From assembly GCA_964016885.1 (NCBI GenBank), contig OZ024743.1, positions 67,332,001 to 67,396,000 of the forward strand: a DNA stretch of 64,000 nt, read 5' to 3'. A program made the translations under genes and the position numbers. This document shows, piece by piece, positions 30,385-42,315 of the stretch. The notes under the pieces were generated by a model. That model was not told where the DNA came from and ran no database searches. It was given only the letters and a program-made list of their open reading frames with translations. Numbering within the stretch: position 1 is the first letter of the stretch; each line of letters starts with the position of its first letter. Source of the DNA: Eledone cirrhosa. Lineage: Eukaryota.

Positions 30385-31155
30385 ATTGTAAAGCTGTAAC
30401 AGCCAGCTCTTCTAAGATAAACTGTGTCGTAAATGCAGGGTCTGCAGTTTATGACTTGCGGTTTAGTTTGAACTTCTTCCCTCTCTTTCCATTCTCTAGC
30501 AATTGGTTGACAACTCGGTTGGCAGTGACTTTGAGGTGCCAAGTGGCTGCTTTAGAATCACCACTTAGCTCGTGAACAAGTGTTCATTCTTTCTTGCCGT
30601 TTTTTGACATGTCCACAAACACAATAAGAGCATTCCACGTCTTACTTCGCACTTAGGCAATGCTTTCCATCAACTTCTCGCCTTGGGCAGTTGTTTCTTC
30701 TGAGAGTGGGTCTGCTTCAAACATTCTAATATAGTTAGCATAGAGTCCTGTATATTCATGTGAAAGTCCAGGTATATATTCAACTCTACATCCTCGTGGG
30801 ATATATTTCCGAGCAGTTTAGAATACCAGGTTAGCAAAGAGGTTGTAGTAATTGCTTGTTGATAATATATGTTAAATCGTCTATCAGCTTGTTGGTGAAA
30901 CCTTTCCAGTCTGCTTTCCTTTAGTTGAAGTACCTTTTAAATGTCACGATGTTTGGTACTTCAGCTGCATTGATTGGGATCCCAATTAGCGAAAACAAAG
31001 TCTACATGTGGTGGTTTATAGACAGATCTTACTTCTACTACACTGCTTAGCTTAACGGATAAGACTTCGAGGTCATCTTTATCTGACATGTCCGTTTCTT
31101 CTATAGATAAGCATGGTGTCTTCTCTTGGTGTTCCGTAGCTTTGTGGCTTGTAGA
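30385..31155 (-). mobile_element. APE-type LINE fragment, copy 6 (internal deletion)
   Basis: Homologous to copies 2 and 3, with ~260 bp missing at ~31110. Confidence 0.7.
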
Positions 31156-32135
31156 CGGTAGTGGTGATGTTTGTGGTGATAGTGGTGGTGGTGGTGGTGA
31201 TAGTGGTGTTGATAGTGGTGGTGGTGGTGATGGTTGTGGTTGTGGTTGTGGTGATAGTGGTGCTGATAGAGGTGGTGGTGGTGAAGGTTGTGGTGATGGT
31301 GGTGGTGGTGGTGGTGGTGATGGTTGTGGTTGCGGTGGTGGTGATGGTTGTGGTGGTGGTTGCGGTGATGGTGATTGTTGCGGTGATGGTGATGGTTGCG
31401 GTGATGGTGATTGTTGCGGTGATGGTGATGGTTGCGGTGATGGTGATGGTTGCGGTGATGGTGATTGTTGCGGTGATGGTGATGGTTGCGGTGATGGTGA
31501 TGGTTGCGGTGATGGCGATGGTTGCGGTGATGGCGATGGTTGCGGTGGTTGCGGTGATAGCGATGGTTGTGGTGATAGCGATGGTTGCGGTGATAGCGAT
31601 GGTTGCGGTGATGGCGATGGTTGCGGTGATGGCGATGGTTGCGGTGATGGCGATGGTTGCGGTGATGGCGGTGGTTGCGGTGATGGCGGTGGATGCGGTG
31701 ATGGCGGTGGTTGCGGTGATGGCGGTGGTTGCGGTGATGGCGGAGATGGCGATGGTTGCGGTGATGGCGATGGTTGCGGTGATGGCGATGGTTGCGGTGA
31801 TGGCGATGGTTGCGGTGATGACGATGGTTGCGGTGATGACGATGGTTGCGATGATGGTTGTGGTGATGGCGATGGTGGTGGTGATGGCGATGGTGGTGGT
31901 GATGGCGTTGGTGGTGGTGATGGCGATGGTGGTGGTGATGGCGATGGTGGTGGTTGTGGTGGTGGTTGTGGTGATGGTGGTTGTGGTGATGGTGGTGGTG
32001 GTTGTGGTGATGGTGGTGGTGATGGTGGTGGTGATGGCGATGGTGGTGGTGATGGCGGTGGTGGTGATGGCGATGGTGGTGGTGATGGCGATGGTGGTGG
32101 TGATGGTTGTTTACTGATGACTGATCGAAAAATAA

Positions 32136-32312
32136 TTGTTTCTACATTAGGCACAAGGCCAGCAAATTACCCAGTGCATTACTGGTACTTTATTTTATCG
32201 ACCCCGTATGGATGAAAGGCAAAGTCAACCTCGGCGGGATTTGAACTCAGATCTTAAAGGGACGTAACTATGCTGGAAAGCATGGCGTCCGACCCTCTAC
32301 CGATACTGCCAA
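32136..32312 (-). mobile_element. SINE family 2
   Basis: Homologous to 7279-7457 and 52335-52519. Confidence 0.85.
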
Positions 32313-32499
32313 ATAAATTAAACAAAAAGTTTGGAGAGAAAAGTTATTAAAGAAGAGAAAGGACGGAATATTATAGAAACTGTAGAGTAATAGTGGTGGT
32401 GCTAGTTTTGAAATATTCTAGAAATTGTAACATGAGAGGAGTGATGGTGGTAGTGCTGATGATGATGGTGGTGGTGATGATGGTTGGGCTACTAGTGTA

Positions 32500-32960
32500 C
32501 TGATGGGTGATAGAAGAAGAACAAAGAAGCAGAAGACGATAGATGACGAAACAGGATGACAGCGAAGGATGAAGAAAACGAAAGAAAATAAAAGAAGACA
32601 GATGGAAATGAAGATGTAGAAGAAGACAAAGATAAAGAAAAAGACGAAGAAAAAGAAAAAAAGACGAAGAAAAAGAAGACAAAGAAGAAAAAGAAAAATA
32701 CGAAGAAGAAGAAAAAGACGAAGAAAAAAGGAAAAAGAAAAAAGAAAAGAATGAATAAAAGAAAAAGGAAAATTAGAAAAAGATAAAGAATATAAATTAG
32801 AAAAAGAAAAATAGAAAAAATTAGAAACAGAAAAAGAAAAAGAATAAAGAGAAAGAAAAAGAGAAAGATAAAGGAAAAGAAGACTAGAAGGGATAGAGAA
32901 GAAAATAGAAGAAAGGGAAGAAGAAAAAGGAAAAAATAGACGAAAAAGAAGAGTATAAGA
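32500..32960. repeat. (GAA/GAAAAA)n purine-rich tract
   Basis: Directly visible. Confidence 0.85.
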
Positions 32961-34559
32961 CAGTTTGGAGGGAAAGTTACTACTGGAAGGAAAGGTTTGG
33001 GAATATTCTACAAATTTGTATTATTAAGGGACTGAACACGTGATGCTGATGGAGTTCCTAGCTTTAGGATGATAAAAGAAACGAATATACAATCAATTTG
33101 GAGGGGAGTTTTACAAATAGACGGATAGATGGACGGACGGAAGGAAGATTTTGTAAGATTTTAGTAGAAACAATATCATTAAACGAATGACCACTTGGAC
33201 AACAATAGCAATATTGAGAGACTCGACCGACTTAGTTTATTGGACAATAATAACCGAACGATCGTTGTAAAATGGATAGAGGCAGGAGAGAAATTGTTAC
33301 CATTGCTACACATTCTCTGTTGTATCTTATATGTACGATGCAGTATTTATTTGTAGAGTGTATAGAGCAATAATATAAGGGTGGTGGGGTGTAGAAGGAG
33401 AGGAGAAAATAGGCTAGTCAGTGTAACAGATACACCACATTTAGTAATTGCTTGACTAGAGATGTGTGTTAGGAAATGTGGCCGAGAAGATCAATAGTGG
33501 AAAAACATTGAAGGAGAGAAAGAGAGGAGTGTAAAGGAGACGGCGAAATGAAACGATACAGAAAAGAAAAGAAAAAAAATCAAGTGTTTTCATGAATAGT
33601 GGATCAAACATTGCATAGCAGGAGTGTAAAAGGCAATATCTAGATTAGGTAGAAATATGGAGGACTAAAGAGGTGAAAAAAAATGCCCGGGTATGGATGT
33701 CCGAGAGCACGTGATTGGAAGAAACGTTGTTAAAATAGTAATATACTGAAGATGGTAAGTTGTTGTTGTTTAGGTCTCAAGTCAGTCTCGATGATAACTT
33801 CTTATGATGAAAGACATATTTAGTTGTAACCAGCCCGTCGTCTGTTTCATTTAGCAAGGTTGTGTTAGTTGAGAATTTCGCTCAAGCCGTCAATAGCAAT
33901 TTGAGTAACAATTGGGAGAGGGTAGTCGGGTTTACGTGAAATCACATCTGAAGAACCGTTTCTGATTTGAATTTGGTAGACGTCATCAGTCACCCAGTTT
34001 AATACCAGCCCGCAGTGAACAATACTGTTACCAGCATTTGAAGCAGGTATCCGGTTCGAGGATAAAAATCTCTCACTCCATATACAAACATGGCTTTCAC
34101 TTTTTATTAAAGGGTGTGATATGGTCCTGGAACCACTCAGCGCCATCCCCGATTGACAGAAGGATAAATATGAAATATGTAGGAATACCATGGAGAGTGT
34201 AGCTACTTTAATGGGGGAGTGTAACAAGATAGCATCCCTTTTACCGTCTCAGCTCTCAGTTTCTCGCGAAACATTGCTCAGAGAGCTTCCTTCATACAAC
34301 ATCAATTCTTTGGAGTTTACTATATAAATGACGTGTTCTGTCTGAGAGCGATGAATACTGGTCCTTTCTTTGAAGCCATGTTTTAATTCTACTTCTCTTT
34401 GTCTTTCTCACCATTTAACTGACATCTCTGAAACGTGACAAAACCAACCAACCAAAGTTGACATTTACATTGGTCTTTTGTATATAGAGAAGACGATTAA
34501 TTAAATAGGCATCGTTCTTTAGTCCGAATTAAGTTCCAAAAGAACAGACATATGCTCAC

Positions 34560-34706
34560 AATGCTTCCACATGCGACTATGTCTTTTTGGATATCAAGGA
34601 CCTTAATATTAAACGCGGCTTTCATTTGTTTAAAGACGGTAGAATGTGAGTGATAAGAGATTTGGTTGATGTTTCTAGCAGCACGACTTGAGGTATTCCC
34701 ATACAA
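34560..34706 (-). CDS. Candidate internal exon of an unidentified host gene
   Basis: Acceptor ctgtctttttcag|TTG and donor ATT|gtgagc. 147 nt, open in phase 0 (LYGNTSSRAARNINQISYHSHSTVFKQMKAAFNIKVLDIQKDIVACGSI), in apparently unique sequence. No recognised homology. Confidence 0.25.
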
Positions 34707-36073
34707 CTGAAAAAGACAGTTTAGAGGATCTCTAACTCCTAGTCAACGTTGTTATAGCTGACCTATAATTAAAGGCATTCCGGCCATGAACATTGTCTTT
34801 TCTGTTTTAGAAATAATGTTATCGTCTTTTATACAAAGCATACATTTCTAAGGCGTTATTCTGGGATTTAGGTTCTCTGAAATCCTTTACTTGCTCATGT
34901 CTTTTATATAGAAATGTACTTGTAACGTTTAAGATGAACATTACCGACATTCATTTCCCCTTTAGGGATGACATATGATAACCATGGGTATTGTCCCTTG
35001 CTTCAGATTTACAAATCAATATATCTCTTAGCAACATGCAAACACACAGACACCCACACATTAACAGGGAGCACGGCGATGCCAAATACAGACGATCACA
35101 AACACTCGCTGAACTAACATATTCACATACATATCTTTGATAGGTTTCGGCCAGTATTGGCCTAGGCTATATTCTAACCTTGCATATAAATAAAATACTC
35201 GCCTTATGCACAACGAACGATACATATATAAAGTCAGAAAAGACACTTATGCAAGTACAATAATAAAACAAACAATTTTCAAGCATACTCCTTATATTGT
35301 CATTATCCCACGCACGCGCACAGACACGAACAATAACGTACTACACAGTTCTTTCTATGAAACACACATCCATTAATGCACAATTAGTTTCCAAATGGCT
35401 TTCTCATTCGTTCTATGCTATTTTAAGTCAACACACATCCGCCGTCCTACTAATAGCCAGTTTTTTAATGGCTGCCAATTAAAAATATATTGCGTACAAA
35501 TTCTGTCCCATTTAAAAAATATATATATATCTTGTTTCAATCCCCCCCCCCCCCCCCCCCCTTATTCTCTACTACTCCACCTTTCTGAAAACAGAGCTTG
35601 GTCGAAACGTCGAAATCGTTTCCATTTCTCACGAACCTCAAACTAATAATTTTGATTTTTATCATTTGTTATACTTTTTTGTGCGTTACACATTCCGTTC
35701 TTCATCACACACACACACACACACATATACGTGAGTTAATGTATATATAATTTCAATGTATTGCATCTATGTCATACACTTTTATTGGTTCTGTCTTTCT
35801 GAAGATATCAATTAGAATTATTCAATATGGTATCCAGCTTTCAATTCTTTTCTAATTATTTTCAAATTCCTCTGTCTGTGCGCACAGAGTATCCCCTAAT
35901 CGATAGTTTTCCTAGATCCCCTAATCGATATTTTTCACCATTTCACCTGTGTAGGTGAAATGGTGAAAAGATACTTTGCTTAAATATCATTCGTTCAAAC
36001 GAAATATATCGATATATATATGTAAGTATTTATAAACAGTCTTGTATATATATATATATATATGTATATATAT

Positions 36074-36283
36074 TCTCAGATGTGAGAAAAACCACAGACC
36101 CTCCATCTCAACTCTACTTTTGAAAAGCAGAAGAACTGCGAAACCGGTAAAGGAACCAAATAAATATATATATTTAAAAAAAAAATAAGACTCCAGTTGC
36201 ATTTTCGATTTCATCTTTTTCTTTATACTTTCACTCGTGTAGGACACCTTGGTTATTTTTCAATTTGTAAAAAAAAACCTCAC

Positions 36284-36290
<7 letters not shown>
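36074..36290 (+). mobile_element. PLE pseudo-LTR-like repeat, family H1, copy 1
   Basis: About 215 bp near-identical to 38845-39058 and, inverted, to 49120-49285. Contains a hammerhead motif and is flanked by TA repeats. Confidence 0.7.
36116..36153 (+). ncRNA. Minimal type I hammerhead ribozyme, U3-A8 core variant
   Basis: ctt-TTGAAAA-GCAG aagaa CTGC-GAAA-CCGG-TA-aag. Confidence 0.7.
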
Positions 36291-36335
<45 letters not shown>

Positions 36336-36396
36336 TGTTGCCCCAGCATGGCCTTAGCATGTCGGCTGGAACACTTAAAGTAATGGAGTATATAAT

Positions 36397-36581
36397 TGTT
36401 ACTAATTTAGGCACAAGGCCAGCAATTACCCAGTACGTTACTGGTACTTTATTTTATCGACCCCGTAAGGATGAAAGGAAAAGTTAACCTCGGCGGGATT
36501 TGAACTCAGACTGTAAAGGGACGTAACTATGCTAGAAAACATGGCGTCCAACCCTCTACCGATACTGCCAATTCACCGCCC
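36397..36581 (-). mobile_element. SINE family 2, full length with 14-bp TSD
   Basis: TSD ATGGAGTATATAAT at 36383-36396 and 36583-36596. An older diverged copy follows at ~36655-36750. Confidence 0.9.
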
Positions 36582-37234
36582 TATGGAGTATATAATAATG
36601 GCTATTTAATTTAGATGCAAATTCAGGAATTTTAAGGAAGAAACAATAGTATAAACACTCTCCAGTTCTTGATTGGTACTTTAATTTATAGATCCCAGAA
36701 AGAGGAAAAGTGAAGTTGACCTCGCCACGACTTGAAATCAGAACGTAAACGGGAAATATTGCACGTGTCTCTCTCTCAGACACATAACATATATATATAT
36801 ATATATAACGAAGGAAGTGTGGTAATGAACCAGATGGACCATAACGCACCAGAGTACTCAATACTTAGGGTAGTAGAGTGGGTAATAGGAAAAAGTTAGG
36901 AAAAACCCCTGATACCAGAAATAGCCGTCGAAACGGCTTGAGCTCTGCCGTCGAGGTTAAACTTTTTGCTATATTATATATATATATATATAAACGGCCG
37001 GAGCTCAGCCGTCGGGGTCCTGGCTCTTTTCCTATATATATATATATATATATAGGAAAGTAGGTTCAAAAACACACGTGCGCGTGCGTGCGTGCGTGCG
37101 TGCGTGCGTGTGTGTGTGTGTAAATAAGGTTCCAGAAAAACAGTAAGAACTATGCAGGAAGAAATTGTCAGAAGAAATTTGAGTGTTCAATCTTCTCAAA
37201 CGTGTGTACATATATACATAGTTAAATAAATACA

Positions 37235-37455
<221 letters not shown>

Positions 37456-37780
37456 ACCTGGGTGAGTATATGTGTTAACGTGCGCCCACAACAATTTACT
37501 TTACTGAAAACACCTCATAGTGGCCTTGTATGAAAGAGCTAATAACCAGAAATGAAAACATACATATACATTGTTACAGGCTTTCCAAGACACAATTATA
37601 AACATCACACATTGATCACTATAGTTAATTAGTACTTTTAAGAGTTTGTGCAAAAGGTCAGAGAACCGCAAGCAGGCACATAGTAAAACAGGACGTAGAT
37701 AGGTACTCATTATGTATACATACATACATACATGCATGCATACATACAGTTTTATATGGTTTATTGGCAGCATGATCGCT

Positions 37781-37822
<42 letters not shown>

Positions 37823-38844
37823 AAAGAGTAAACCCCCCAACATTAAATAAGGTTTAATATACATTATGTCAACACCACAATATGACATATACACACACAC
37901 ATAACACCTACTTTAGAAAATAAAAACCCGAACTAAATAAACCTTAACATACGTTTGCACTGGCAATACAACAGCAAACACGAAAAAGTAAGGAAAATAT
38001 GTTCATTCAAAAATATTCCTACTAAAGGAATCACTTTCCTACACACACACATACAATCACACACAATATATATATATATATATTCTCTTCATCTTAACAT
38101 GCTAACCATACTCCCACACACATAACACCCATACACACACATAACAACCCCCACACCTACAACTCCCTCCCCATTTCTACTAATAGAACCACTTTCCTAC
38201 ACACATATATATATATACACACACACAAAATATATATTCTCCCCATCTTAACATACTCGCACACACACACATAACACCCATATACACACACAGCTCCCTC
38301 CCCAATCTCTACTAATAGAATCATCTTCCAATACACACATACACACACACACACACATACATACACACACACAAGCACACAAATAAACATACATAGCTTC
38401 AGTCTCAATAGAAAATCTGAACTCTGACACCCCGGCGAGCTGGCCATATTCACTGAACCAGAACATTTCTCCCAATCCCTTTTCTCTTGACCACTATCTC
38501 TACATTGTCATAACATTCACTATAAAGACTACAGAATAGTTTTCCAAATAACGGCGCAAAAATGTAATAAAAACTTGTTCACGTGACAGCCAAATTTCAT
38601 TTATAACCAACCAAAAAAAAAGCCTTCGTGAGCCTCCTTTTTTCAAGTAAAAAGAAATTCAAACACTCATATATGAAAAAACAACCTGTGACAACCCCCC
38701 CCTCTCTTATTTGAAGAACTATTGTAACGCGAACTGGCGCGAAATTTATTATAATTATTGACAAACCAATCAAATTACTTCTCGAAAAACCTGGAATTTC
38801 GAGCCACTTTTTCCATATAAAACAGGTAACATTCAGAGACCAAC

Positions 38845-39058
38845 CAGATGTGAGAAAAACCACAGAAACTCCATCTCAACTCACCTTTTGAAAAGCAGAA
38901 GAACTGCGAAACCGGTAATGGAACCAAATAAATATATATATTTAAAAAAAAATAAGACTTCAGTTGCATTTTCGATTTCATCTCTTTTTCTTTATACTTT
39001 CACTCGTGTAGGACACCTCGATTATTTTTCATTTTGTAAAAAAAACCTCACTTTCTAA
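38845..39058 (+). mobile_element. PLE pseudo-LTR-like repeat, family H1, copy 2
   Basis: Direct repeat of 36074-36290. Confidence 0.7.
38884..38921 (+). ncRNA. Minimal type I hammerhead ribozyme, U3-A8 core variant
   Basis: cctt-TTGAAAA-GCAG aagaa CTGC-GAAA-CCGG-TA-atgg (one stem I mismatch). Confidence 0.65.
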
Positions 39059-39059
39059 T

Positions 39060-39520
39060 ATATATATTGAGAGATACATGCGCATACAAATATGTGTATG
39101 TATGTATATATATATATATATGTATATACATATTGAGAGATACATGCGCATACAAATAAGTGTATGTATATATATATATATATATATATGTATATACATA
39201 TTGAGAGATACATGCGCATACAAATAAGTGTATGTATGTATATATATATATATGTATATACATATTGAGAGATACATGGGCATACAAATATGTGTATGTA
39301 TGTATATATATATATATATGTATATACATATTGAGAGATACATGCGCATACAAATATGTGTATGTATGTATATATATATATATATGTATATACATATTGA
39401 GAGATACATGCGCATACAAATATGTGTATGTATGTATATATATATATATATGTATATACATATTGAGAGATACATGCGCATACAAATATGTGTATGTATG
39501 TATACATATACACCTATACA
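39060..39520. repeat. ~66-bp minisatellite x7 (core ATTGAGAGATACATGCGCATACAAAT)
   Basis: Seven copies of the core separated by variable TA/TG runs. Confidence 0.9.
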
Positions 39521-40305
39521 TATATACATATATATACTTATATACATATATATATATACATATATATATATATACATATATATACTTATATACATATATA
39601 TATATACATATATATATATATACATATATATATATACATATATACATATACATATATACATATATACATATACATATATACATATACATATACATATATA
39701 CATATACATATATACATATATCCATATATATATATATACATATATATATCTATATATATATACATATATATATCTATATATATATACATATATATATCTA
39801 TATATATATACATATATATATCTATATATATATACATATATATATCTATATATATATACATATATATATCCATATATATATATATCCATATATATACCCA
39901 TATATATATATACCCATATATATATATACCCATATATATATATACCCATATATATATATACCCATATATATATATACCCATATATATATATACCCATATA
40001 TATATACATCCATATATATATATATCCATATATATATATATCCATATATATATATATCCATATATATATATATCCATATATATATATATCCATATATATA
40101 TATATCCATATATATATATATCCATATATATATATATCCATATATATATATATCCATATATATATATATCCATATATATATATATCCATATATATATATA
40201 TCCATATATATATATATCCATATATATATATCCATATATATATATCCATATATATATATCCATATATATATATACATATATATATATATCCATATATATA
40301 TATAC

Positions 40306-40352
<47 letters not shown>

Positions 40353-40427
40353 CATATATATATATACATATATATATATATACATATATATATATACATA
40401 TATATATATATCCATATATATATATAC

Positions 40428-40474
<47 letters not shown>

Positions 40475-40491
40475 CATATATATATATATCC

Positions 40492-40557
<66 letters not shown>

Positions 40558-40573
40558 CCATATATATATATAC

Positions 40574-40620
<47 letters not shown>

Positions 40621-40832
40621 CATATATACATATACATACATATATATATACATATACATATATACATATACATATATACACATATACATACATATATATA
40701 TACATATACATATATACATATACATATATACATACATATACACATACATATATATATATACATATATATACATATATACATACATATATATATATACATA
40801 TATATATATACATATATATATACATATACATA

Positions 40833-40864
<32 letters not shown>

Positions 40865-40893
40865 CATATATATATATACATATATATATATAC

Positions 40894-40940
<47 letters not shown>

Positions 40941-40955
40941 CATATATATATATAC

Positions 40956-41028
<73 letters not shown>

Positions 41029-41039
41029 CATATATATAC

Positions 41040-41070
<31 letters not shown>

Positions 41071-41145
41071 CATATATATATATACATATATATACATATA
41101 TATACATATATATACATATATATACATATATATACATATATATAC

Positions 41146-41236
<91 letters not shown>

Positions 41237-41265
41237 CATATATACATATATACATATATATATAC

Positions 41266-41330
<65 letters not shown>

Positions 41331-41331
41331 C

Positions 41332-41380
<49 letters not shown>

Positions 41381-41393
41381 CATATATATATAC

Positions 41394-41425
<32 letters not shown>

Positions 41426-41429
41426 ATAC

Positions 41430-41460
<31 letters not shown>

Positions 41461-41617
41461 CATATATATATACATATATATATACATATACATATATATA
41501 TGCATATATATATATATATACATATATATATACATATATATATATATATACATATATATATACATATATATATATATATACATATATATATACATATATA
41601 TATACATATATATATAC

Positions 41618-41666
<49 letters not shown>

Positions 41667-41709
41667 TACATATACATATATATATACACATATACGTATA
41701 TATATACAT

Positions 41710-41753
<44 letters not shown>
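39520..41753. repeat. Interrupted (TA)n array (TACA/TCTA/TCCA/TACCCA variants)
   Basis: Directly visible. Confidence 0.95.
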
Positions 41754-41754
<1 letters not shown>

Positions 41755-42315
41755 GATGGACACAGAAATCTCAAAGCACTCTGAAGGCCTACTCTACAAA
41801 AAAACCCTAAAACTTTGGAAAGAAAACTGTGAGGATGAAGAACTCACATCCCTCCAGCGATGGGAAAAAAACGCCACCTGGTTCAACAACTACGAAATGG
41901 ACTTCAAAAATGAACAACATACAGGTAACCCATTTTTAAAACAAACTAAAACTCACACACCACATGCACAACAAATAACAAAAAAAGTAACAAAACGTCC
42001 AACATACCCCCAGCAAAACTATAACGATAATCCCAGAAACCATAGACAAAACTATAACCCTACTAACAAAAACCAAAGATCCCCGAACACAAGGCAGGAC
42101 CTGATCCGCAGATCACAACGCACACAAAACCTATTCCCAAACCGTAGACCCCTGCCCACACAGAGCCTGTTCTAAAACCATAGATCCCAACCCACACAAA
42201 GGAACCAAATCTACAACCCGGACTATCAACAAACCGAACCTCAATACGTCCGAAACTTCTATACAAGACCACACAACAACAGGGGAAATACCATTAGATA
42301 TAATAATACCAATGA

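Larger units (their letters stand above)
8549..32110. repeat. Composite higher-order tandem array (GGT/GAT minisatellite + LINE fragment + Gypsy fragment modules)
   Basis: Eight GGT/GAT arrays (approx. 8549-10215, 14341-14675, 15860-18390, 18570-18945, 20840-21345, 25415-25920, 27100-30385, 31160-32110) separated by homologous TE-derived spacers in the same orientation. 10216-15855 is duplicated at ~21345-27095. Confidence 0.9.

Noticed and set aside
8294-32215. Long GD/VM/TI/PS-repeat ORFs as real genes
   Set aside because: They are open in multiple overlapping frames because of triplet repeat composition and are bounded by TE debris. Kept only as a low-interest finding.
39060-39520. CRISPR-like regular repeat
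   Set aside because: Spacers are TA runs rather than unique sequences, the context is eukaryotic and there are no cas genes.
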